Positions 39,494 to 48,434 of a stretch of DNA of 64,000 bases are shown here, piece by piece (the stretch's first letter is position 1; every line of letters begins with the position of its first letter). Made by a program: the position numbers and the translations under genes. The notes beneath the pieces are model-generated. The model was not told the DNA's origin and searched no databases. It worked only from the letters and a program-made list of their open reading frames with translations. The stretch comes from an uncultured Chlamydiae bacterium (lineage in GTDB: Bacteria > Chlamydiota > Chlamydiia > Chlamydiales > Parachlamydiaceae): positions 20,841-84,840 of the forward strand of contig CAWHMU010000039.1 in assembly GCA_963830365.1 (NCBI GenBank). The letters run 5' to 3'.

Positions 39494-42325
39494 ATGTCAC
39501 TCATATCATCTCGAAGTGCATTTAACAATGGCTATATGCAAGAAAATAAGGATCAGGGCACAGACATCAATACCAGACTGAAAAACGACGTTCCATCAAA
39601 AGTCAAAATCATGAAAGTCCAATACATAGTCAACCACTCAGACACCATTCAAAACTGTGTATGGATGAATAGCAAAGATATCGAAGAGTTGTTCAACATT
39701 TGTCAGGTTGGCAAGCAAAATACCCCTTCTTCTCAAGCGCAGACAAGACATTCATATTCAAGGTTGCCATATCACTCACACATTTCTAAAACAACAACGC
39801 CGAGCAAAGTACATAAAGAAACATCCAATCATGCCGGCGATGCCCCGCGGCATAAATATGTTCGAATTGGAAATAGGGTTTATGCGGCCATAAAAAGATC
39901 TGGACTTGAGATAGGCGAAATCCTGATCAATCCTATTCAATTCAGGGAATCCATAGAGGGAATTTCCAACTTTACCACTCACGATACGGTAGCTGTAGAA
40001 GCATTTAAACAAGAGACACAAAAAAGTGCTCTCTTGCATCAAGGAATATTTCTGATCGGCAGGCATGATCATGAAATTAATGCCGAAAATGATGTCGATG
40101 AACAAAAACACCAAACATCAACTCCAAGGAAGATTGTGCTCGTCGATCTATTGCGAAATAGTTTTCAGGCCAATAACCTTTCAGACTACCTTAAAAAAGG
40201 CCAGCAACTTATGCAGTTGCTCCGAAATGGCTCTTCAGAAGTTCCGTTGGCTGCAACCTTGATCTCTGCTAACATCTATGACGATGCCATATCGATAGGA
40301 GAAGCTCCATTTTATCGCATTAGTCGAACGACACAGCTAGAGTTCGTTGCAGAAGCACATTCAGGCATTGCTTTAATTGATAATGTCATAGAAAGCGACG
40401 ACATCGACAGCTTTGATTTTACAGTGACTCCTTTCAAAAAAGCGAAACCATCTTCTGTGGAGGGGTGGAAAACCAGTATTCAACCTCTACCTTTAGCACT
40501 ATCTGTGAACGATATTGAAAGTGCCATTCGTTATGCATTGGATGGAAAAACTTTGCTAAAGAATGAAAAAAATATTGTCCCGCATAATGGAGAATGGGAT
40601 CTTGAAATCACTTTTAACGATGCCAAATTGAAGCAATATTCATCGTCTTCAAATTCAGGCTCAAGTTCACGACCAGGAGTTGTTTCGCCCTTGTCGCTAT
40701 CGATGGCGTCAAATTATCAGTCGGCATATCAATTTACGCGTCAATCGCAAATTAAGCCAAATCCTGGGGAGGGAATACTCTTCGTAGATGATCAGGCACA
40801 AGAGGCAAAAGAAGCGCATCTTGAAATCGTCGATTTTCAAAACATGCAAGGCATACCTTATAAAAATGCTCCTTTTGTTTTGGAAAGGGACCTGAAGAAA
40901 GAACTACAAAAGATAAAACCCTCGCTTGCCAATGGGCAAAGAATCGCGATAGAGGTACCGTCAACAAAATGTCTGCTGGAACTCAAAGGGCCTTCTGCTA
41001 AAGGTGTCCTGCATAAGATCGATGAAAACACCCAAATGAAGTTTAGCGTCAAGGCAAGTCTGCCTGTGGTTTTGGGCGATCACGCCAACAGCCTGCCAAT
41101 CAAAAAATTGCAAGTGACAGCCTGTCTCGAAAAACAACCCCTCAGCATACTTTCAAAGTCTGCTTATGCAGAGCAAACGTTTAATGAAGAACAACTGGAA
41201 AAAATGTTTTTTGAGAAGCTGACTGAAGATGGCATTTTCATTGGTCAAAGAATTCAACAGCAGCTTGACGATGGCGACAAGTTAATCTTCACTGTAGTTG
41301 AAATGGCTTTTGATGAAGCTGCGAAAAAAAGCGAACGCTTAACGATGCTCGGAAAACACACCAAAGATACACAAGTTTCTTTTGTTGCCGAAGAAGAAGG
41401 CCGCTTGAAAATCTTAAGAAAAGAGAAAGCCCCACAGCATAAAAGCGCTGACGACATGATGAAGGAATTCGAATTAGGAGGACTTTCAGATGAATTCAAA
41501 ATAATCATTCGTGATGTTGTGCTTGCCCGCGACCCGTCGATGCAAAAGATCGTACAAGACTTGCAAATCAAGCCGGTTAAAGGTTTGTTGCTATATGGTC
41601 CTCCAGGCACTGGAAAAACAACGTTGGCCCGCAAGCTTGGGAAAGTGCTTGGTTGTGAAGGCGATCACCTTCAAATGATCTCTGGTGCTGAAATTTGGAA
41701 CAAGTGGGTAGGAAATTCAGAAGAAAATATTCGAAATCTTTTCGCCCCTGCCCGCCAGGCCTTCCAAGAATTGAAAGAAAAAAGCCCGCTATATGTCTTG
41801 ATCATAGACGAGATCGATGCCATGCTTGCGTCACGCGATGAGGAAAGTAAAGTCAGAAATAGTGTAGTCAATCAATTTCTAGGTGAACTCGACGGCTTAA
41901 ATGAATTGAATAATATTTTTGTGGTCGGTTTGACGAATAACTTAAAAATGATCGACGATGCCGTAAAAAGACCGGGCCGCATGGAAGTCCATATTAAAAT
42001 TGGGATACCGGATAAAAAAGGGCGCCGCGAGATTTTTAAGATCCATACAGAAAAGTTGGCAAACAAGGGATTGCTTGCCAAGAATGTTGACTTGGAAAAG
42101 CTGATCGAAGACACCCAAGACTGGGTAGGGGCCGATATTGAAGGGTTGGTACGCAAAGCTGCCAATCATCCGATAGAAAGGCTGTGTAAATTACCCGCCG
42201 ATCAGCGCGACGGTCATCCACATGCTCAAATCACGCAAAAAGACTTTGAAAGCGCCCTTAAACAAGTGCAAATAGCCATCGGCAAAGAGCCGCTTGACAT
42301 GTCTTACCGTTCTATGTTCCTGTAA
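39494..42325 (+). CDS. NSF/Sec18-like AAA+ ATPase with an expanded N region and one ATPase domain
   Basis: LGGLSDEF, VKGLLLYGPPGTGKT, NKWVGNSEENIRNLF, IIDEIDA, VVNQFL..LDG..LNNI.V.G.TN, RPGRMEV and GADIEGLVR resemble NSF D1. Confidence 0.8.
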   Translation: MSLISSRSAFNNGYMQENKDQGTDINTRLKNDVPSKVKIMKVQYIVNHSDTIQNCVWMNSKDIEELFNICQVGKQNTPSSQAQTRHSYSRLPYHSHISKTTTPSKVHKETSNHAGDAPRHKYVRIGNRVYAAIKRSGLEIGEILINPIQFRESIEGISNFTTHDTVAVEAFKQETQKSALLHQGIFLIGRHDHEINAENDVDEQKHQTSTPRKIVLVDLLRNSFQANNLSDYLKKGQQLMQLLRNGSSEVPLAATLISANIYDDAISIGEAPFYRISRTTQLEFVAEAHSGIALIDNVIESDDIDSFDFTVTPFKKAKPSSVEGWKTSIQPLPLALSVNDIESAIRYALDGKTLLKNEKNIVPHNGEWDLEITFNDAKLKQYSSSSNSGSSSRPGVVSPLSLSMASNYQSAYQFTRQSQIKPNPGEGILFVDDQAQEAKEAHLEIVDFQNMQGIPYKNAPFVLERDLKKELQKIKPSLANGQRIAIEVPSTKCLLELKGPSAKGVLHKIDENTQMKFSVKASLPVVLGDHANSLPIKKLQVTACLEKQPLSILSKSAYAEQTFNEEQLEKMFFEKLTEDGIFIGQRIQQQLDDGDKLIFTVVEMAFDEAAKKSERLTMLGKHTKDTQVSFVAEEEGRLKILRKEKAPQHKSADDMMKEFELGGLSDEFKIIIRDVVLARDPSMQKIVQDLQIKPVKGLLLYGPPGTGKTTLARKLGKVLGCEGDHLQMISGAEIWNKWVGNSEENIRNLFAPARQAFQELKEKSPLYVLIIDEIDAMLASRDEESKVRNSVVNQFLGELDGLNELNNIFVVGLTNNLKMIDDAVKRPGRMEVHIKIGIPDKKGRREIFKIHTEKLANKGLLAKNVDLEKLIEDTQDWVGADIEGLVRKAANHPIERLCKLPADQRDGHPHAQITQKDFESALKQVQIAIGKEPLDMSYRSMFL

Positions 42326-42343
42326 AAAGATGCCTCTCAGAAC

Positions 42344-42429
42344 TAAGCGAAAAGGACCTTAACGACCCTAAAGACTTAAAAGAATATCATTCTTTTGTGC
42401 CTTAATGGCTCTTAGGTCCTTTTCGCTTA
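42344..42429. repeat. Hairpin between convergent genes, possible bidirectional terminator
   Basis: Perfect 16-bp IR taagcgaaaaggacct (42344-42359) / aggtccttttcgctta (42414-42429). Confidence 0.75.
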
Positions 42430-42490
42430 TATTAGGAGGAAATTCAATTAATGGTTCGATCCCATACTCAACTCACTGATTAGATAATGA

Positions 42491-44644
42491 TCAACTTGTT
42501 TGGATTGCTTGTTGATTGGGTTGTACTTCGAAGAAGGCAAGATAGGCATCTTTTCTGGCCTCATCAATCATCTTTATCGTCCGTGCGTATGGAACTCCCG
42601 CTGCTTTAGCGGCCGCGATATTTTTCTGAGTGAGTTCTACAACTTGATCATCACTACACCAGTACCATTGATCACCCTTCTTAACATAGGCAATATAATG
42701 GCCGCCATTGACACTCTCACTACCCACATGGACGACAAAGCTTTTCAGTTCGGCCTTTGTCGTACCGATTGTTTCACCACGGGCCTTTGAAAGATCGATG
42801 CTGCCATCTTTCGGAAATGACAAAGGTGTAGCGATCTTACGAGGCTGTTGTGTGATGGGGTCGAATTCGAATCGCTTAAACTGCATGGCAAATACGCCGC
42901 CAAGATCTTTTTGTAAGTCTGTTTTGTCTATGCGTGAATCAAAAGTATGTTGCGCATCAGGTTTCCATGGGTTTTGTATATCCGTCTCTACCCGCTTGCC
43001 AAAATTGTAGTCGATGATTCCTTGGACAGACAGCTCTTTGGTAAAAGAACCAACGGTGGCTGAAGTTTGGGCATTATCATCCATGGCAACGCGAATCAAA
43101 CTTTGCAGCTCTGTTTCCGATCTTCCCATATAGCGCTCATCGAGAGACAGCTTTGTCTTCACCGTTTCATGCCTGAAATTCAGCGCATCTCCAAAAAGGA
43201 CTTCGAAAAAGGCTGCCGCGTCTTGCTGGCCAGTCAATTGAGTGCTGTTTTTCAGGTCGCCGATATCCAATGCATTTGAAGCAAATATTGTGTCGCGCAA
43301 ATTGGTAACTTTTAGCATAAGATTTTGCGAATCTTCTTTCGCGATATAAGCGTTGTTGAAATTTGCAAACGCGCGCCGGATTTGCTCGCGTTGCCCCAAG
43401 GCAATAATATTTCTCAGCAGATCGAATGCGATCTTACGCGAGCTTTCAATAGGTTTTCTATTTTTGCGATCGCTGTCTAAACTGTTTTGCAATACCTTGT
43501 AGTATTTGCGCATATTGGCGGTGTTTGCCAAATTGAAGCTATCGTAGAAGGTCTTTGTGACACCTGGATATTGTGCAGTCAAATCATCGATGAATTTTTC
43601 AGGACTCCTCCGAGGAGTCTCCGCCAGCCATGTTTTGTATAGGCTTGCGAAGTTTTTGTCGTCTGCAAGTTTTTTCCACAATGCAATGAAAGCGTCTTGG
43701 GCAGCTTTGTCATTATTTTTAGAGGTATTCAGATTAATTTGAGCTATGGGATGAGCCATTTTGGCAATGAATTCCTTATTGTCGCCAAGGGCTGCCAATA
43801 TTGCCTGTAGTGTGGCATTCATGTAGCAACTGTTTCCTGGGTTACTTATACCGCCAGGTGGGGTAGAGTTAACTTTAGCTGGCTGCGCAGTTGTTGCAGC
43901 CTCTACCTGGCTAGCAGCTGTAGTTGCCGCCGACTTGTTGTTGTTTGGCACGGCCTCGGCTTGCGTGGCGCTTGTCGTTGTGCTTGGCACGGTTTTAGGG
44001 TGCGCCTTCGCTGTACCCGTAGACTTAGCCTCTTTTTGCTCATATTCGGCTTCACATTGCTTGTAAAAATCTGCAAATGAAATTTCAGCTGCTATGGAGG
44101 TAGGCTGGGTTGTTTCTGGTTCAAACGCTGCAAGTCTTGCCATCAATTCAGCTTTTGATAATTGAGTTTTATTCCGTTGGTCACTGGCTGCTTCTTTATC
44201 GGCAATCGGTTTGGCTGCTTGCCTTGCCATGGCAGGTTCATCCATGGCTGGCGTGTTTTGGCTGGCGTCTTTCGGAGACAACGGGGCAAATTTATCTACT
44301 AGCGTAGTAACCGGCTTCTCACCAGCTGCAGGTGGCAGCAATAATCGTTTATTTTCAGGTGGGGAGGGTTTGACAACATCCGAGAATAAAAAGGGAAATA
44401 TCGCCTTGACAATGGAAGCGACGAAGTCACAAAACCGCTCCCACAGGTTTTTATTTAGGGGTAAGGCTGTAAACGTTTTTTTTGTGGGTAGCGGCTGTTG
44501 CTGGGCACCCTTAAAAGAAGCGCTAGAAACCTGACTCACTTTTGCCGTGTCGGCACCACCCTTCCGCGTTGGAGATGGAGATGCTGGTAGCTCCACTACG
44601 CCTGAAGGCTGGACTGGTTTTGGACTGATATCTATTGGTTCCAT
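42491..44644 (-). CDS. USP (peptidase C19) family deubiquitinase-like protein
   Basis: Cys box GISNPGNSCYMNATLQ, QQDA, FKRF, His box VVHVG...GGHYIAYV...WYWCSDDQV, AYLAFF. Confidence 0.9.
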   Translation of the reverse strand: MEPIDISPKPVQPSGVVELPASPSPTRKGGADTAKVSQVSSASFKGAQQQPLPTKKTFTALPLNKNLWERFCDFVASIVKAIFPFLFSDVVKPSPPENKRLLLPPAAGEKPVTTLVDKFAPLSPKDASQNTPAMDEPAMARQAAKPIADKEAASDQRNKTQLSKAELMARLAAFEPETTQPTSIAAEISFADFYKQCEAEYEQKEAKSTGTAKAHPKTVPSTTTSATQAEAVPNNNKSAATTAASQVEAATTAQPAKVNSTPPGGISNPGNSCYMNATLQAILAALGDNKEFIAKMAHPIAQINLNTSKNNDKAAQDAFIALWKKLADDKNFASLYKTWLAETPRRSPEKFIDDLTAQYPGVTKTFYDSFNLANTANMRKYYKVLQNSLDSDRKNRKPIESSRKIAFDLLRNIIALGQREQIRRAFANFNNAYIAKEDSQNLMLKVTNLRDTIFASNALDIGDLKNSTQLTGQQDAAAFFEVLFGDALNFRHETVKTKLSLDERYMGRSETELQSLIRVAMDDNAQTSATVGSFTKELSVQGIIDYNFGKRVETDIQNPWKPDAQHTFDSRIDKTDLQKDLGGVFAMQFKRFEFDPITQQPRKIATPLSFPKDGSIDLSKARGETIGTTKAELKSFVVHVGSESVNGGHYIAYVKKGDQWYWCSDDQVVELTQKNIAAAKAAGVPYARTIKMIDEARKDAYLAFFEVQPNQQAIQTS

Positions 44645-44921
44645 AAACTCCCTTTATTTTTTTCGACCCGTACTAACATAATTTTACCATACAACACATA
44701 ACAAAAACAAATAAATAAAAGTAAAGACGAACACACAACAACACATTTACTTACTTCTAGATCAATTTTTATTAATAACTTGATTAGAACGGACAGTTTG
44801 CACGTCATAAATACAGGGTGATCAGTAACCTCAATTTTTCCGGGCTTGACGAGATTGCATGCTTTCGGTTAAAACTTATAATCGATCAAAATAACTTTTA
44901 CTTCCCAGGGAGAGTCATATC

Positions 44922-45851
44922 GTGAAAAAACTTTTTTGCCTACTTTTGACAGGGCTAACCTTTATCAATACGCAAATAAGCGCAGATGTTGACCCCCAGG
45001 ATATTGGCTCTGAAAATATTAAGGCCCCGGAAGAAGAGGCTGGTGCCGGACCATTTAAACTGCGCGCCCTGGTTGATGTCGTCGGTAAAGCCAAGGTTAA
45101 AAATTCCTTTGCCAATAACCATCTATATTTCAGCACTGGCCAAGGTGAAGCGGGGTTGGTATATTATTACGATGCCTGTATTGAAGAAGGCGCCAATGTC
45201 GTACTGCTCTATCAAAACACCTATTTGGACTGGGAAGCTAACCCCTATTTCACCCAAAAAGATATATCCACGCTTGGTCTGGAATTGGGGGGCTTTACAA
45301 AGCGCCTGCCGGACTGGACCTGGAGCGGACAGTTGACGATAAATTTTGACAACGTCGGCTACTGGAATTTTCAAGATTATATGTACTACGACATGCTATT
45401 GTGGGGGCGTTATGCCTACTGCAAGAATATCGGCCTGCATATCGGTTTTCTGGCTGAAACAGGCATGAAGATGGATCGCGTGTATCCCATCATCGGCGTG
45501 GATTGGGAATATGACTGCAATTGGAAAGTCAATCTGATATTTCCGCTGAACATCTCGGTGGTATATACCATTAACACGGCATGGTCGGTGGCCTTTGCCA
45601 GCAGATTCTTCGACGAACGCCATCGCGTTAAGAAAAAAGAATGGCTCTCGGAAGGTCTATGGCACTATCAGTCCACCGGTGCGGAATTTGGCATCAACTA
45701 TACCCCGACCAAATGGATTTCAGCCAATCTGCATGCGGGCAGCACTTTAGGCGGCCACTTAAAGATTGCCGACCGCCACTATAAACACCGCCACCGCGTG
45801 CGCCTAGACCCTGCCCCCTATGTGGGCGGCGAGGTAACAGTCAACTTCTAG
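44922..45851 (+). CDS. Outer-membrane beta-barrel protein
   Basis: Signal peptide, aromatic amphipathic strands, YPIIGVDW, C-terminal Phe. Confidence 0.7.
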   Translation: MKKLFCLLLTGLTFINTQISADVDPQDIGSENIKAPEEEAGAGPFKLRALVDVVGKAKVKNSFANNHLYFSTGQGEAGLVYYYDACIEEGANVVLLYQNTYLDWEANPYFTQKDISTLGLELGGFTKRLPDWTWSGQLTINFDNVGYWNFQDYMYYDMLLWGRYAYCKNIGLHIGFLAETGMKMDRVYPIIGVDWEYDCNWKVNLIFPLNISVVYTINTAWSVAFASRFFDERHRVKKKEWLSEGLWHYQSTGAEFGINYTPTKWISANLHAGSTLGGHLKIADRHYKHRHRVRLDPAPYVGGEVTVNF

Positions 45852-45948
45852 TCGTCACCCTATCAACCGATTCATCTTCCATCCCATGCGCAGGCTGATA
45901 AGGTCCATTTAAGCCCTGCGCGTGGGAAAACAAATTCTTAAGGTAATT

Positions 45949-47247
45949 ATGCCACTGTACTTAACATCCTTCATTAGCAAGCGTCCTCATGCCATGCGCG
46001 CAGTAATGCCCGCCATTTTCATGCTGCATAGCCTGGCTTGTATCCCCTTTCTTGACGCAAATGAGACTGCCCCGACTCCCATCATGCTGGTATTGGAAGA
46101 AGTGTATGCCGAAATTGTCGATCACACCTACGAACTTAAAGCCGCCAATGCCGAAGTTGCGGCAAGAGCCGGCGAGCGCATGCAGGCGCAGGCACTGCCA
46201 AATCCCGACCTTGCGCTGGAGCTCGACACTATCAGCCAGAATTCTTACTGTGATGAAAATGAATTGACCCTGACCCTCACCCAACTGGTAGAGCTTGGCG
46301 GCAAGCGCTCGGCGCGCATGCGCGTCGCCGATGCCGACCAATGTGCGGCCGCTTGGGAGGTAGAGATCTTAAGGCGCGATCTCTACACCCAGCTATTGCA
46401 GGCTTTTATCGAAATTGCCACCATACAGGAACATGTCGCTTTGGCCTTGGCCCAGCATGAAATCTCCACCAAAACACTGGCCTGTTCTTCACAAAAAAAC
46501 GCCGCCGGCAAAACTTCAATTCTAGAGACCAAAAAGGCTGAAGTGGCCTGCCGTTCATTAAAAATCCAGCACGCCAAGCAGCAAGTAGCGTTGGAGCGCG
46601 CCAAGAAACACCTGTTGGCACTATGGAAACATGCTCCCTGCCGTTTCGACTGTGTCAGCTTTCCATTGTATGAGCTGACGCCGCCGCCAGCGCTTGAAAA
46701 ATTAAGTGCCCAGCTGGCCGATAATCCCTATATCGCCAAAGGACAGGCACTGCTACTTAGAGCTTGGGAAGTCGTCGCACTCGAAAAGGCAGACGCCGTA
46801 CCCGATGTGGCTGTGATGGTGGGCGTCAGTACCGAACGCTTCTATCGGGGCCCCTGCCTGAATGTCGGCATCGATATCCCGTTGCCGATTTTCGATCAGA
46901 ACCGCGGCAATATCTGCCGGGCGATAAACGAATACAACCGGGCCTATTACCTGCAGATGAGTGCCATCTATCAGCTAGAGACCTCGCTTGCCATGCTCCA
47001 CGAAGAGTGGTGCGCAGCTTATGAACAGGCCATGGCGCTCAAAGACTCCATTCTGCCGGCCGCCCAAGAGAATTACCAGCTATCTTTGGCAAGCTATCAA
47101 GAAGGCAAATTCGATTACCTCGACCTGCTGGATGCCCAGAGCATGCTTTTTGACGTCAGGCAGCAATATTTGGAAGCTGCCCACGATTACCACACCAAGC
47201 GCGCCGAGATACTAAAACTTACCACACGCCAGACGTGTGAAAATTAA
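45949..47247 (+). CDS. czcC: TolC-family outer-membrane factor (CzcC-like)
   Basis: LPNPDL, QLVELGGKRSAR, IPLPIFDQNRG and YQEGKFDYLDLLDAQ motifs. Confidence 0.85.
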   Translation: MPLYLTSFISKRPHAMRAVMPAIFMLHSLACIPFLDANETAPTPIMLVLEEVYAEIVDHTYELKAANAEVAARAGERMQAQALPNPDLALELDTISQNSYCDENELTLTLTQLVELGGKRSARMRVADADQCAAAWEVEILRRDLYTQLLQAFIEIATIQEHVALALAQHEISTKTLACSSQKNAAGKTSILETKKAEVACRSLKIQHAKQQVALERAKKHLLALWKHAPCRFDCVSFPLYELTPPPALEKLSAQLADNPYIAKGQALLLRAWEVVALEKADAVPDVAVMVGVSTERFYRGPCLNVGIDIPLPIFDQNRGNICRAINEYNRAYYLQMSAIYQLETSLAMLHEEWCAAYEQAMALKDSILPAAQENYQLSLASYQEGKFDYLDLLDAQSMLFDVRQQYLEAAHDYHTKRAEILKLTTRQTCEN

Positions 47248-47263
47248 TAGAGGGAATTTCACG

Positions 47264-48430
47264 ATGCGAACATCATTAAAATACATTGCCCTGCTAGCTG
47301 TTTGCGCTCTTGCCGCCTATAGCCTTTGGAATGGCGACAGCGTTAAAATCGCTGAAGCAGAGGACGAACACCATCATCACGATTTTGTCCAATTCCCCCA
47401 CGACCAATTAAAAAAACATGCCATCGACACCCAAACCGCCGGCAATGGCACTTTGAAGCAGGTGGTGCGGGCACCGGCTCAAATCGTCATGGGCTCTGAC
47501 AGCGTCTCGCATATCTTGCCCAAAGCCCCTGGCATAGCTATCAAGACCAATAAAAACCTCGGCGAATACGTGGCGGTCAATGAACTTTTGGCAACCCTTG
47601 AAAGCCGCGAAATGGCCGAAACAAAAGCTGCCTATCTCATTGCCGACAAAAAAGAGCAGCTCACGGCCAAGACCCTGCAAAGAGAAAAGAATCTGCATGC
47701 GCAGATGATTTCGGCCACCAAGGATTTCAATACCGCCGAAAGCGAATGGGAAGAGGCTTACATTGCTTTGGAACTGACCCGTCAGAAACTGCATGCCCTC
47801 GGACTTGATGAAGCCGAAGTAAAAGAGCTTTCGCGCGCCGCGCCCAATTCTCTGCGCGTCTACGAAGTGCGCTCCCCTATCGCTGGCCGCGTCATCTCGC
47901 GCCATATCACTTTAGGAGAAATGGTCAATGCCGAGCAGGAAATCTATGTCGTCGCCGACCTGGCTAAAGTGTGGGCCGAGATCAGCGTCTTTGCTCAAGA
48001 CCGTCCTTTTGTCAAAGAAGGCCAAACCGTCACTGTGACCACAGCTGATGGCATAAAGGCCGCAGCCAAAATCGTCTACCTGAGTCCGGTCATCGACCAA
48101 GACACGCGCACCTCGACCGCCATGGCCGAAATCGACAACACCACAGGAGAGTGGCTGCCCGGCACGTTTGCACAAGCCGTACTCATCACCGAAAACATTC
48201 CGGTCGCCCTCATGATTCCTAAAGATGCCGTGCAGAATATCGACGGCGCCAATGCCGTGTTCGTGGCTGAAAACGACGGCTTTGCTGTCCGCGCCATTAC
48301 CACGGGCCAGGGAGACGAGACCCACTATGAAGTGCTTTCCGGCCTTGAGCCGGGTGATACCTATGCCAGTAAAAACACCTTTCTGCTGAAAGCCGAGCTC
48401 CAAAAAGACGAAGCGGAACACATGGATTAA
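47264..48430 (+). CDS. czcB: RND periplasmic adaptor (CzcB-like)
   Basis: His-rich N-terminus; YEVRSPIAGRV, ADLAKVWAE and VLSGLEPGD motifs. Confidence 0.85.
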   Translation: MRTSLKYIALLAVCALAAYSLWNGDSVKIAEAEDEHHHHDFVQFPHDQLKKHAIDTQTAGNGTLKQVVRAPAQIVMGSDSVSHILPKAPGIAIKTNKNLGEYVAVNELLATLESREMAETKAAYLIADKKEQLTAKTLQREKNLHAQMISATKDFNTAESEWEEAYIALELTRQKLHALGLDEAEVKELSRAAPNSLRVYEVRSPIAGRVISRHITLGEMVNAEQEIYVVADLAKVWAEISVFAQDRPFVKEGQTVTVTTADGIKAAAKIVYLSPVIDQDTRTSTAMAEIDNTTGEWLPGTFAQAVLITENIPVALMIPKDAVQNIDGANAVFVAENDGFAVRAITTGQGDETHYEVLSGLEPGDTYASKNTFLLKAELQKDEAEHMD

Positions 48431-48434
48431 CCCG

